DNA of 64,000 bases from positions 68,588 to 132,587 of the IMG/VR virus record IMGVR_UViG_3300020577_006835. One strand, given 5' to 3'. Every line of letters starts with the position of its first letter. The stretch's first letter is position 1. The translations under genes and the position numbers were made by a program. Under the pieces are notes generated by a model. It was given only the letters and a program-made list of their open reading frames with translations. It made no database searches and was not told the DNA's origin. The stretch comes from a virus (lineage: Duplodnaviria; Heunggongvirae; Uroviricota; Caudoviricetes). Of the stretch, positions 9,871 to 18,664 are shown one piece after another.

Positions 9871-10753
9871 CCAGCGCACCTTGGAGGAGCGTCTCGACTA
9901 CCTGCGCGAGATGCTTGACATCGACGAGTCGAAGCACGTCGCGACTCATCGCGGTGTCCCTCACAGACAGGACTATCTCGACCTTCACTACGATCGGTAC
10001 CCGCACAAGCAGACCGACAAGGAAGAGAAGCGCACACGAGCGGCTGTGCTCGCTGCGGCCGGCATCGCCTCGCTGATCGGCATCTCGAAGCAGAAGATGC
10101 TGCAGCAGTTCTACATGGCCGAGAAGTACCTCAAGCTCTCCAAGACGGCCAAGACACCGTTCGAGAGGCAGAAGGCTCTCAGGCAGTTCGAGTCCATGAT
10201 CCAGCTGATCAAGGCCGGGCTCAGGCAGTCGTACACCAAGAGCTACCGGCTGGGCGTGTCGTCGAGCGGTGTGGGCGGCCAGTTCCGCACCCGGGGCTTC
10301 ATGTCGCCCGAGGAGGCGCGCTGGGTCGAATCGGCTTTCAAGCACGAGATGCGCTACCTGAACCAGCTGGTCAACGACGTGAAGGCGGGCAAGTCTGTGC
10401 CCACGCTGGCCAACAGGATCGGGCTCTACGCCAAGGCGCTGGCGGCGGCTTACAACTCAGGCCAGGTCATGGCCACGAACCGGGACACGCTGATCCACTG
10501 GAGGCTCAGCCAGGACCCGGAGGTGCAGCACTGCGACGACTGCCTGTATCTGGCAGGGCTCAGCCCGTTCGTTCGTGATACGCTGCCCACGGTGCCCAAG
10601 GCGGGCATCTGCAGGTGTTCGAGCAACTGCCGCTGCGAGCTGGAGTACGAGGTCGTCAAGCAGGACGTGGCCAGTCAGGTGCGCGCCGGCAACATGAGCA
10701 AGACGTACGTGGTCCGGAAGATCCGAGACCGCCAGAGAGGCCGGTATGCTTGA
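9863..10753 (+). CDS. hypothetical protein with C-terminal Cys-rich motif (CDDC...CRCSSNCRCE); possible head morphogenesis protein
   Basis: ORF 9776..10753 with start moved to ATG 9863 (MIDQRTLEERLDYLREM), which overlaps the previous stop. Confidence 0.5.
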   Translation: MIDQRTLEERLDYLREMLDIDESKHVATHRGVPHRQDYLDLHYDRYPHKQTDKEEKRTRAAVLAAAGIASLIGISKQKMLQQFYMAEKYLKLSKTAKTPFERQKALRQFESMIQLIKAGLRQSYTKSYRLGVSSSGVGGQFRTRGFMSPEEARWVESAFKHEMRYLNQLVNDVKAGKSVPTLANRIGLYAKALAAAYNSGQVMATNRDTLIHWRLSQDPEVQHCDDCLYLAGLSPFVRDTLPTVPKAGICRCSSNCRCELEYEVVKQDVASQVRAGNMSKTYVVRKIRDRQRGRYA

Positions 10754-11918
10754 AGAGCACGATGACGACATCCCAGTCCTGTCCCTCGAAGACCCGGAGA
10801 TCGAGGAGAACGACGGGGAAGCAGTCGAGAACGCGGTCAAGGGCTCGATCCGCTACGCCTTCATCGGCTCCGGACAGGGTGGCTCGCGGCTGGCGGCCGA
10901 GGCGTACAAGATCGGCTACCGCAAGACGATCTGCATCAACACGGCCCCGCAGGACCTGTCGGCGATCCAGATCCCCGAGGAGCAGAAGCTCTGCCTCGAC
11001 ATCGGTCCAGGGGGCGCCGGCAAGGACCCGGCCCGCGGCGAGGAGGCGACGACCAAGCATCAGCAGGCGATCTACAACCTGATGAAGCAGGTCTTCGGCA
11101 AGCAGATCGACCACATCATGATCTGCGCCGGTGCCGGCGGCGGTTCGGGCGGAGGCTCGGTGCTGCCGCTGATCATGATCGCCAAGCGCTACCTCCAGTT
11201 CCTCGGCCATGTAGAGGATCTTGACAAGCGCGTCGGTGTGGTGCTAACGCTCCCTACCAACAGTGAGGTCGTCGCAGTCCGGGTGGCGTGGAACGCCTAC
11301 CAGGTGGCCTCCAAGGTGTCGGACTTGGCCGAGGCGGGCTCCATCGCGCCGCTGGTCGTGGTCGACAACGACAAGGTCCTGGAGCTGAGACGCGGCATCC
11401 CGATGGTCAAGATGTGGCCAACGGTGAATTTCGATGTGATGAACCTGTTCCACATCTTCAACTTGCTGTCGTTGAAGCACTCATCGTACACGTCCTTCGA
11501 CCCGTCCGACTACGCGTCGGTGGTCAAGGCAGGCGGTCACACGATCATGGGTGTGACGTCGGTCAAACCGGAGCAAGCACAGAACGAAACAGAGATCATG
11601 CGGGTGGTGAAGTCGTCGCTCGACCGCACGTTGCTGGCAGATGGGTTCGACCTGTCGACGGCGACGCACGTGGCGGCGATCGTCATGGCCGGCCGGCAGA
11701 CGCTGGAAGAGGTCCCTGGACTGGCCGAGGTGATCGAGTACGTGTTCAGCATGCTGGGCACGCTGACCAGCGCGCAGCTGGTGCATCGCGGAGTGTACGA
11801 GGACTCACGGCCAGGGCTCAGGATTTACACGATCGTCTCCGGACTGCAGCGTCCGCTCACCAGGTATCGTAGACTCGAAACGCTCTCGCGTGAGAGGTAC
11901 CCTTTCACAGAGCGTTGA
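10746..11918 (+). CDS. tubulin/FtsZ-superfamily GTPase (PhuZ/TubZ-like phage tubulin)
   Basis: FIGSGQGGSRLA (N-terminal GTP loop), INTAPQDL, GPGGAGKDPARG, and tubulin signature-like ICAGAGGGSGGGS align with FtsZ GVGGGGxNA / VNTDAQAL / GLGAGANPEVG / AAGMGGGTGTG. Confidence 0.8.
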   Translation: MLEEHDDDIPVLSLEDPEIEENDGEAVENAVKGSIRYAFIGSGQGGSRLAAEAYKIGYRKTICINTAPQDLSAIQIPEEQKLCLDIGPGGAGKDPARGEEATTKHQQAIYNLMKQVFGKQIDHIMICAGAGGGSGGGSVLPLIMIAKRYLQFLGHVEDLDKRVGVVLTLPTNSEVVAVRVAWNAYQVASKVSDLAEAGSIAPLVVVDNDKVLELRRGIPMVKMWPTVNFDVMNLFHIFNLLSLKHSSYTSFDPSDYASVVKAGGHTIMGVTSVKPEQAQNETEIMRVVKSSLDRTLLADGFDLSTATHVAAIVMAGRQTLEEVPGLAEVIEYVFSMLGTLTSAQLVHRGVYEDSRPGLRIYTIVSGLQRPLTRYRRLETLSRERYPFTER

Positions 11919-11930
11919 GGTAGACTGCAC

Positions 11931-12005
11931 AGCGACGTGGCTCAGCTGGCCTAGAGCGCCTGGCTCATAACCAGGAGGTCGTCGGTTCGAATCCGACCGT
12001 CGCAA
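11931..12005 (+). tRNA. tRNA-Met (anticodon CAT)
   Basis: Cloverleaf by eye: D-arm GCTCAGCTGGCCTAGAGC, anticodon loop CTCATAA, T-arm GTCGGTTCGAATCCGAC; coordinates +/-2. Confidence 0.75.
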
Positions 12006-12010
12006 CTCGG

Positions 12011-12084
12011 TGCGGGGTGGAGCAGTTGGAAGCTTGCCGGGCTCATAATCCGGAGGTCGCAGGTTCGAGTCCTGCCCCCGCTTC
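12011..12084 (+). tRNA. tRNA-Met, initiator-like (anticodon CAT)
   Basis: Strongly resembles bacterial tRNA-fMet (GCGGGGTGGAGCAG...GGGCTCATAA...GGTTCGAGTCCTGCCCCCGC); coordinates +/-2. Confidence 0.75.
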
Positions 12085-12189
12085 TCTTCGACTCCCGTCG
12101 TCCCGTCCCCGCGGGGCGGCGCCGAGCAGACCAGCCAATCGGGGGCCAGGCAATTGTGCCTGGCTCCTGTTGGCCCTGCAGATGCCCTG

Positions 12190-12498
12190 ATGAGCGCACT
12201 ACGCATGGTAGAGGTAGCCACCTCCCGCTTTCGCGAGGTGACCGCTGTCACAGCCGTTGGGAGCAACGTGCGCGTGACGGTCGACTACCGCATGAACAAC
12301 AAGTTCCTGCCCGCCTTCCTGGAACAGCTTGACCGCGCGCTGCACGCCACCTACAACGCGGCGCTCATCGTCGAACCCTTGAGCGATGACCAATTCGCAG
12401 CGGACCCGAACTTCGAACGCACACCTGGAACTGGACCGATCGTGCCGACAACGTGGGACTGGATGAACAAGAAGGGAGAGAAGAATGGCAAGCGTTGA
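12190..12498 (+). CDS. hypothetical protein
   Basis: ORF 12154..12498, start moved to ATG 12190 (MSALRMVEV). Confidence 0.45.
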   Translation: MSALRMVEVATSRFREVTAVTAVGSNVRVTVDYRMNNKFLPAFLEQLDRALHATYNAALIVEPLSDDQFAADPNFERTPGTGPIVPTTWDWMNKKGEKNGKR

Positions 12499-12826
12499 AG
12501 CGAAGAAGTGTGATCAGTGTGGAACGGTGGAGCACGGCGAGCAGCTGGGCAGCTGGGTAGGGCTGGCCAAGCCGAACGGCGTCATGCTGATCGGCCCCAT
12601 CTACGAGGTGGCGGCCACGGTCAAGCGCCTGTACGGCGACTTCTCCGGGATCGAGGACATCGACCCGAGACAGCGCAGCGTCAAGGAGCTGTGCAGCCAG
12701 GGCTGCCTGCACGAGATGGTCTCGGCCCACTTGCAGAAGGGTGAGATGCAGGGTCAGAGCTACGGCCGGCGCCGCTCGATCGGCGTCACCGTGGACGACC
12801 TGACTGGTACGGTGGGAGTGGCGTGA
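12485..12826 (+). CDS. hypothetical protein
   Basis: ORF track; RBS GGAGAGAAGA upstream. Confidence 0.45.
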   Translation: MASVEAKKCDQCGTVEHGEQLGSWVGLAKPNGVMLIGPIYEVAATVKRLYGDFSGIEDIDPRQRSVKELCSQGCLHEMVSAHLQKGEMQGQSYGRRRSIGVTVDDLTGTVGVA

Positions 12827-13218
12827 ACGACCCAGCCTACACGCTGACCTGGGAGGAGTACCTGGCCGACATCGGGGAGCTGTGCGAGATCATCCGCTCA
12901 GCTCAGCTCTCCGTGTCAGCTGTGTACGGCATCCAGCCGCACGGCGTCATCCCAGCCTTCATCATCGCACAGCAGTTGCGCGTCGAGTACACGCCGCTCG
13001 CTCTGCCGGTGAGGATGAACGGCGGGACCATGCTCTGCGTCGACGGCTTCTCCAACCGTGGCGAGGATCTGGTCGCGTACCAGCGCGACTCCAAGACAGC
13101 TGCCGTGTACGTCAGGGACCGCCCGGACATCATCTTGCAGCCTCACTACTACGCGAAGGCCATCGAGGGCCTGATCCGCTTCCCTTACGAGCAGTCGCGC
13201 TCCCTCACAGGCCGCTAG
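12823..13218 (+). CDS. hypothetical protein
   Basis: ORF track (GTG start overlapping previous stop). Confidence 0.45.
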   Translation: MNDPAYTLTWEEYLADIGELCEIIRSAQLSVSAVYGIQPHGVIPAFIIAQQLRVEYTPLALPVRMNGGTMLCVDGFSNRGEDLVAYQRDSKTAAVYVRDRPDIILQPHYYAKAIEGLIRFPYEQSRSLTGR

Positions 13219-13260
13219 GATTCGCTGACTAGGAAGCCGACCCGATTCAAGCTAGCTTCA

Positions 13261-13452
13261 GTGCGTATGGGTTGGTTTACAAGGAAGACGGAGATCCAGA
13301 AGAGGGACCTCCGGGCTGACAAGTTGGCGAAGGCCATCAAGAAGATCGGCGGCTTCGAAGTAGTCGAGTGGAAGGCCACTGACCACGAAGAGCGCCCTGG
13401 TGGCTCAGACCGCACGGTGCGTGTCTCGACGATCAAGCTCGTCGAACGCTGA
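13261..13452 (+). CDS. small hypothetical protein
   Basis: ORF track. Confidence 0.35.
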   Translation: MRMGWFTRKTEIQKRDLRADKLAKAIKKIGGFEVVEWKATDHEERPGGSDRTVRVSTIKLVER

Positions 13453-13479
13453 CGCACGAGTGGATGTGGGGAGGGTGAG

Positions 13480-13704
13480 ATGGATGGTGCGTTCCCGAGG
13501 TGCCTGAAGTGCAAGCACGGCACGATGCTGCCGCTGAGTGATTTCCATCACGGCGGAGCGTCGATGCAATACAAGGCCTGGGCCTGTCACAACGACGAGT
13601 GCCGGGCCATGGTGAAGATCGACAAGGGCTGGGTCAGCTACGAGCGTGGCTCGCCGCACCCGCGGCCAGAGAAGTCGTTCAACACCGCCCAGTACGACCG
13701 GTAG
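13480..13704 (+). CDS. small zinc-ribbon-like protein (CxxC...C..C)
   Basis: ORF track; CLKCKHG...WACHNDEC. Confidence 0.45.
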   Translation: MDGAFPRCLKCKHGTMLPLSDFHHGGASMQYKAWACHNDECRAMVKIDKGWVSYERGSPHPRPEKSFNTAQYDR

Positions 13705-13860
13705 CGGCCCTCTCGGCCTGCACCTTGTCGTAGGCCGCCTCGGCCTGCTCCTGGGTCGTGACCACGCCCTCACGGGCCTGCGTCGCGATCAGGGTGGCCA
13801 CCATGAGCCGGCGCCTCTTCACCGGGTCCGTGAGGATCGCCCGGGTGTCGACGCGCCGGC

Positions 13861-14085
13861 TCACAGTTGCTGATCCGTGCTGAACGTGATGGGCGCCGGC
13901 AGACTCCCTTCTCTCCAGCTGGCCCAGGATCGCTGCAGCTCGTCGAACATCCGATCCGCTAGCGGGCCGGTGAATCTCTGTGTGCTGCCGTCCCGCCACG
14001 TGATAGTGGTTGAGGCTGAAGCCCCGGCACAGTTGCTCAGAGTGCGGACGTCCTCCCAGTTGATGGAAAGCTTTGCCTGTTTCAT
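13861..14085 (-). CDS. hypothetical protein
   Basis: ORF track; begins minus-strand island. Confidence 0.4.
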   Translation of the reverse strand: MKQAKLSINWEDVRTLSNCAGASASTTITWRDGSTQRFTGPLADRMFDELQRSWASWREGSLPAPITFSTDQQL

Positions 14086-14100
14086 GGGTTGCTCCTTGGC

Positions 14101-14436
14101 TCACAGCCACTGGTGCTTGAGGGCGTAGCCGTCACCGAAGAGTGCGGCCGACAGCTCGTAGACCGTGTGCATCCCCATGTCCATGCCGCAGCCGTGGACG
14201 ACGACGCCCTCCTCGCCCTCCCGGGTGGACCAGCCGAGAGCCTTCGCGACTAGGTGGTCGAGCTGGTAGACCCTGATCCCATGCTCCTCCTGGACCAGCT
14301 TCAGAACCGAGATGCGGCGGAGCATTCCGCTCCGTGCACGGTGACGCAGCACGAGGTGCAGCGTGTCACCTGGTACCAGGAAGTCGGCCTTCAGGCGGTC
14401 GCGGTACTCCTGCTGTTCGGCTTCGCTCTTTCTCAT
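14101..14436 (-). CDS. hypothetical protein
   Basis: ORF track; high GC3; promoter motif upstream on minus strand. Confidence 0.55.
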   Translation of the reverse strand: MRKSEAEQQEYRDRLKADFLVPGDTLHLVLRHRARSGMLRRISVLKLVQEEHGIRVYQLDHLVAKALGWSTREGEEGVVVHGCGMDMGMHTVYELSAALFGDGYALKHQWL

Positions 14437-14445
14437 GAGCGAATC

Positions 14446-14472
14446 TTAGCACGCGACCAACGAATTTGTCAA
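14446..14472 (-). promoter_or_regulatory. promoter-like motif TTGACA-N14-GTGCTAA (minus strand)
   Basis: Reverse complement reads TTGACAaattcgttggtcgcGTGCTAAgattc just upstream of the 14436 start. Confidence 0.5.
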
Positions 14473-14666
14473 GCGAGTGAGATCTCGATCTTCACTTCGA
14501 CAGGGTCATCGGTGTGCTTCAGCTCAGCGTAGTCCGGGCTGTCAGCCGGCAGCTCGATGGCACCGCGGGCGGACACGAAGACACCATGGCGGCGGACGGG
14601 TATTCCGGCATGCAGGTAGAGCCCGTTGAACAGTCTGTCCCGGGCAACGTACATCGTGATCGTCAT
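14469..14666 (-). CDS. small hypothetical protein
   Basis: ORF track. Confidence 0.35.
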   Translation of the reverse strand: MTITMYVARDRLFNGLYLHAGIPVRRHGVFVSARGAIELPADSPDYAELKHTDDPVEVKIEISLA

Positions 14667-15079
14667 TCAGGGTGTTCCGCCGCAGTGGGCCGGCGGAACT
14701 GCTCTAGCATTGCGGCCGCTTTCCCCCAGGCGTTGCGAGCACCCTCACGGAAGTCGTAGTGGGCCTCCGCGTACGGGCACTTCACGACGCCGTAGACGGC
14801 ATCCAGGGTGCGCTCGACGAGGTCTACGACGTCCTCCCTCGCCAGCTTCTCGCTGACGGCCTGCTCTAGGCGCTTGACCTTGTTCTGTGCGCGAACCAGC
14901 TTGCGAGCGAGGCTGCCGCGGTGCGCGTCGTTGGACCAGATGACATCTCGAAGATGAAAGCAGTGCTCGATGAGCTGCTCCTTGGTCATCTTGCGGATCG
15001 GGTCGTCTGGGCTGCGGGGTGCCAGAGGCTTCGGGTGCCACCTGGACTCCGCTGGTTCAGCTCCGAGCTTCGTCATCAT
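14663..15079 (-). CDS. hypothetical protein
   Basis: ORF 14663..15130 with start moved to ATG at 15077-15079 (MMTKLGAEPAE), clear of tRNA-Leu. Confidence 0.5.
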   Translation of the reverse strand: MMTKLGAEPAESRWHPKPLAPRSPDDPIRKMTKEQLIEHCFHLRDVIWSNDAHRGSLARKLVRAQNKVKRLEQAVSEKLAREDVVDLVERTLDAVYGVVKCPYAEAHYDFREGARNAWGKAAAMLEQFRRPTAAEHPE

Positions 15080-15103
15080 GCATCCCTCCGTCAAGCTAAG
15101 CAG

Positions 15104-15189
15104 TACTGGAGGGGGGACTTGAACCCCCACGGGTTGTTAGCCCACAGCGCTCTCGACGCTGCGCGTGCTGCCAGTTTCGCCACTCCAGT
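15104..15189 (-). tRNA. tRNA-Leu (anticodon GAG), class II with long variable arm
   Basis: 86 nt; T-arm GGGGGTTCAAGTCCCCC and D-arm closely resemble E. coli tRNA-Leu; anticodon stem CAGCG/CGCTG, loop TCGAGAG. Confidence 0.7.
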
Positions 15190-15264
15190 AAACAAGGCCG
15201 ATGGTAAGGGCTCGGCCAACACCCACTTGGTGAAGAACCTCGGATAACGGCCCGAGTGCCGAAG

Positions 15265-15335
15265 AGAGGGCAGCGGGAGTCGAACCCGCCTGACAGGTTT
15301 TGCAGACCTGCGCCTTACCGCTCGGCCATGACCTC
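15265..15335 (-). tRNA. tRNA-Cys (anticodon GCA)
   Basis: 71 nt; anticodon loop CTGCAAA; T-loop TTCGACT as in E. coli tRNA-Cys; 3-bp D-stem. Confidence 0.8.
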
Positions 15336-15343
15336 TTCAAGAG

Positions 15344-15417
15344 TACCAGGGGTGGGATTCGAACCCACACTGTCACGGTTCTGAACCGTGTGCCTCCTGC
15401 CGTTGGGCTACCCTGGC
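15344..15417 (-). tRNA. tRNA with anticodon CAG (Leu-type anticodon) but class-I (short variable arm) architecture; A73
   Basis: 74 nt; acceptor GCCAGGG/CCCTGGT, perfect anticodon stem CACGG/CCGTG, loop TTCAGAA, T-arm GTGGGTTCGAATCCCAC. Confidence 0.6.
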
Positions 15418-15942
15418 AGCTTTTCTACGTCTACGGTACTGGCGATTAGCCTCTGCACCACACGTCAACGAGGTGAACCCCTTGTTGTTGCCGTAGGTTG
15501 GAGTTTGTGAGTGGCAGTTCGGGCAGAGAAATTCTAGGTTGTCCAACCTGCAGTCCTTGAAATCCCCGTTTTTGTGCTCTACGTGCAGCCGTAGAGCGTT
15601 GCCAAGCCAGTGCCCGGGGTTGCCACAGCTGGCGCACTCGTACCTGGTGCCGGCTTCGATCAGGGCTCTCCGCAGTCTCAGGGCGTTTTCTCGATAAGGC
15701 TTGCTCCGAAGAACGAGAACCTCCTCGTGTGGCTTCTTGCTAGCCGAGGGCAGGCCGGCGTTCCACACAGTTCTACTGAAGTGCGTGGTGTCCAGGTTGT
15801 ACTGCTTGATCCTCAGCGAGATCAGGTTCGCTCCGCCGCCAGTCAGACGCATGTTGAGTGCCCGCATCACGTCTCTGATGCAGCTGCTGCTCGCTACTAT
15901 CGGGGCTAGTACCCCCTTGGTGTACTTCAGGTGTGCTGGCAT
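15373..15942 (-). CDS. HNH homing-endonuclease-like protein
   Basis: HVEHKNGDFKDCRLDNLEFLCPNCH motif; ORF 3' end overlaps tRNA 15344..15417 by about 45 nt, and its start abuts tRNA 15950. Confidence 0.7.
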   Translation of the reverse strand: MPAHLKYTKGVLAPIVASSSCIRDVMRALNMRLTGGGANLISLRIKQYNLDTTHFSRTVWNAGLPSASKKPHEEVLVLRSKPYRENALRLRRALIEAGTRYECASCGNPGHWLGNALRLHVEHKNGDFKDCRLDNLEFLCPNCHSQTPTYGNNKGFTSLTCGAEANRQYRRRRKAARVAQRQEAHGSEP

Positions 15943-15949
15943 GTGATAG

Positions 15950-16023
15950 TGGGTCCGGTGGGAGTCGAACCCACAACTTCTCGGTTAAGGGCCGAGTACT
16001 CTAGCCAGTTGAGTTACGGACCC
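15950..16023 (-). tRNA. tRNA-Lys (anticodon CTT), C at position 33
   Basis: 74 nt; acceptor GGGTCCG/CGGACCC, anticodon stem CTCGG/CCGAG, loop CCCTTAA, T-arm GTGGGTTCGACTCCCAC. Confidence 0.6.
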
Positions 16024-16027
16024 AGAG

Positions 16028-16102
16028 TGCGCTCGGCAGGATTCGAACCTGCGTCGCTCCGGGTAAAGGCCGGCTGCCTGGGCCAGACTAGGCTACGAGC
16101 GC
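16028..16102 (-). tRNA. tRNA-Lys (anticodon TTT)
   Basis: 75 nt; T-arm GCAGGTTCGAATCCTGC identical to E. coli tRNA-Lys; loop CCTTTAC. Confidence 0.65.
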
Positions 16103-16228
16103 GTATAGCTTACACAGAAGAAGGGCGTTGGTGCCGGGCTTCTTCTGTTTGGGCTTCAGCTTCTGCTGGATCGCGCTCATAGCCGTCTGTCTTAGCCTAC
16201 CTCTTGGCCCTGTGTCAAGGGCTCTTTC

Positions 16229-16528
16229 TCACGGTTGTCGAAGGTAGTTCTGGATCTCGGTCGTCAGGGCCGGCGGGTCGTTGGTGTAGAACACGAGCTT
16301 CTGCAGCGCGTCCGAACCGTGCACGGTGACCAGGAGGCCAGCTGGCACAGGCTTGGTCTTCACCCTGCGCGCGGTCGACTTGGAGGGGATGATCAGACCG
16401 ACGCTGACCCGCTTCACGAGCGGGTTCTTGCCGGCCCACCTGATGACCGGCACTGCGTCGTCAATCACAGTCGTATGCCCTTTGTAGTTGAACTTCTTCC
16501 CTTTCAGCACCCTCCTCGGCGTGCTCAT
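16229..16528 (-). CDS. hypothetical protein
   Basis: ORF track; reads like a real protein, whereas the overlapping + ORF is Arg-rich. Confidence 0.4.
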   Translation of the reverse strand: MSTPRRVLKGKKFNYKGHTTVIDDAVPVIRWAGKNPLVKRVSVGLIIPSKSTARRVKTKPVPAGLLVTVHGSDALQKLVFYTNDPPALTTEIQNYLRQP

Positions 16529-17127
16529 GCTTGAGCCCTCTCGCGCGCCCGCTTCTCGCGCATGTGGGTGCGCATCGCCTCACGTTTCGCTTCGCCGCGC
16601 CGAGCGTGTGTCGCCGCGTACGTGCACACCGGCCCGCAGAACTTCTGCCGCCTGTACCTCACGAACACCGCCTCACAGTGTGGGCACTTCCGATACGGGA
16701 ACGGCTGTTCCCGAAGGAGCCTCACAAACTCCGCGACAAGCATCTGCTCGACGGTTCGTGTCTCCCAGATCTCTACGAGCATCTCCCGGGAGGTGTGGAG
16801 GTAGGTTAGGACTGACGCACCAGGCACCGGCAGTCTCACCCCCTCCCACTGCAGGAGGCAGCCCAGGTGGAAGTTCACTTTCGGTAGAAGGGTTCTGAGC
16901 AGATTGGCGGGGTTTACAGCTGGCTCCGCGACAAGAACAACGGAGACCGGCGCAGAATCACGCAGGTTGTGCACCTTGAACTTGGCCGCCTCTTCGACCT
17001 GCTCCTTCAGGCGCGCGTGGGCGGACTCTGACAGCATGTCTACGTCATCGTACTCGGCTGACGCCAGCGCTGCGAACAGCGCTTTCACAGCCCCATGGTT
17101 CTTGAATGCCAACCTGTTGCCGCTCAC
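16525..17127 (-). CDS. hypothetical protein with C-terminal zinc ribbon (CPHCE...CGPVC)
   Basis: ORF track. Confidence 0.5.
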   Translation of the reverse strand: MSGNRLAFKNHGAVKALFAALASAEYDDVDMLSESAHARLKEQVEEAAKFKVHNLRDSAPVSVVLVAEPAVNPANLLRTLLPKVNFHLGCLLQWEGVRLPVPGASVLTYLHTSREMLVEIWETRTVEQMLVAEFVRLLREQPFPYRKCPHCEAVFVRYRRQKFCGPVCTYAATHARRGEAKREAMRTHMREKRARERAQA

Positions 17128-18566
17128 TTGGCGTACCTCGACTTGAAGTTGTTGATGTAGAGCAGAGCGCCCAGCTCGGCGACCTGGTCGGCGAAGTCCC
17201 TGGACAGGTGGTCGCTCACGTCCTGGTGGGCGAACTCGTGCAGGAGGAGCTTGAGCACCTCGACCACGTTGTCCTCACGAAACCAGTGGTGGCTGAGCCG
17301 ACCCACGTTGAAGGTGAGCGGGCTGCCAGGGCCGTAGGTGGCGGCGTAGGGCCAGGTGATGTCGCTCGTGAACTGCACCACGAGGTTCTTGAACCCCAGC
17401 GTGTCCTTGCAGATGATCTGCGAGAAGAGGGCGACCCACTTCATGCCCTCGGTCCACTTCTCGCGCGGGATGAGCTTCTGCTCGTCGCCGGTCTCGGAGT
17501 AGGGCTTCGGGCTCGGCGTCACCTGGCCGGCAGGCAGGGTTGCTGCGAACCGCTTCGTGTTGGCGTGCTCCTCGCGTGACTGTGAGCCTCCGTAGATCAG
17601 CTTGTAGCCCTCGCTGACGGCGATGTTGTTCGCCTCCGGGTCTGAGGGGTCGAACATGACCCGCTTCTCACCCCAGCGGAGGTCCTGCACCCTCTTGAAG
17701 GCCTCCTCCTCGACACGCTCGTCACCGGCAGCTTCACGCACCCAGGCCGAGGTCGCATCCTCAACAGAGAGACGGTGGTGAGACGCGTTCAGCGCGTGCG
17801 TGCGCAGAGCCCGCAGATAGCTCGGCGGCACGTTGTCGCGCTCGATGGTCAGCGGGACGCGCTGCAGCACGTTGTAGTGCCACTTGTCGCCTGACTCGAC
17901 GATCGGGATGCCCATCTCGTAGATCAGGGCTGTCTCGCCAGAAGCGGGCTCGTACAGCTCGACGACGGTCTTGCGCTGCGTGCGCCGCAGCTCCCCATCC
18001 TCGCCGCTGAACTCGGTCTGCAGCGTGGCATCGAGCGAGGTGACGGCGGCCCGCCGCGGGATCTCGATGCCGTTCAGCGTGACCGTGACACCGGCGGGTG
18101 GGATGATAGTGCGGAACGCGTCCATCATCTCTGTCATCTCCGCCTTGGTCGCGCGGAGCCTCGCGGTGAACGTGGTGCCTCGAATCGTGCCCGCGGTGCG
18201 ACTCAGGTGTCGACCGTGGTCGTCGAAGATGAGGGCGCCGGTCGTGCTCGCGATCTTCGCATGGTCGCAGAGCGCAAGTACAAACTTCTCGCCGATGTTG
18301 AAGCGACCGCGCAGGGTGGCGTCGGGCTTCTTCTGACTGGGCGCGAACAGCGTGTACGCGTCACGCAGGTCCTGGAAGCCTACCTCCGAATTGTCCCGGA
18401 CCTCCATCTCGACCCGGCCGCGGAACACGGACTCGGTGAGGGCAACCGAGACCCGATCGGACCCGGCATCGACCGCGTTCTGATACAGCTCGAAGAACAC
18501 GAAAGCCTTGCCCCTGCGTGCGACTTGCTGCGCCAGACCTTTCCGATCCACCTCGAACCATTCCAT
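17124..18566 (-). CDS. GHKL/Bergerat-fold ATPase-like protein with C-terminal HExxH (zincin-like) motif
   Basis: N-terminal ELYQNAVDAG (N-box ExxxNAxDA), DNSEVGF (G1), GRFNIGEKF (G2); C-terminal LLLHEFAHQ. ORF 17124..18599 starts at TTG inside its own promoter, so the start is placed at ATG 18564-18566, which has a GGAGG RBS. Confidence 0.55.
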   Translation of the reverse strand: MEWFEVDRKGLAQQVARRGKAFVFFELYQNAVDAGSDRVSVALTESVFRGRVEMEVRDNSEVGFQDLRDAYTLFAPSQKKPDATLRGRFNIGEKFVLALCDHAKIASTTGALIFDDHGRHLSRTAGTIRGTTFTARLRATKAEMTEMMDAFRTIIPPAGVTVTLNGIEIPRRAAVTSLDATLQTEFSGEDGELRRTQRKTVVELYEPASGETALIYEMGIPIVESGDKWHYNVLQRVPLTIERDNVPPSYLRALRTHALNASHHRLSVEDATSAWVREAAGDERVEEEAFKRVQDLRWGEKRVMFDPSDPEANNIAVSEGYKLIYGGSQSREEHANTKRFAATLPAGQVTPSPKPYSETGDEQKLIPREKWTEGMKWVALFSQIICKDTLGFKNLVVQFTSDITWPYAATYGPGSPLTFNVGRLSHHWFREDNVVEVLKLLLHEFAHQDVSDHLSRDFADQVAELGALLYINNFKSRYAK

Positions 18567-18587
18567 GCGTCGTACCTCCAGTCTCAG

Positions 18588-18616
18588 ATTAGACCACAAC
18601 CATCAATCTTTGTCAA
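18588..18616 (-). promoter_or_regulatory. sigma70-like promoter TTGACA-N17-TCTAAT (minus strand) for gene 17124..18566
   Basis: Reverse complement reads TTGACAaagattgatggttgtggTCTAATctgagactGGAGGtacgacgcATG. Confidence 0.5.
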
Positions 18617-18664
18617 CCGGGTTGACTTTCCCAACCCGATGTGAGAGAACCGTAGCTCGGAGGA

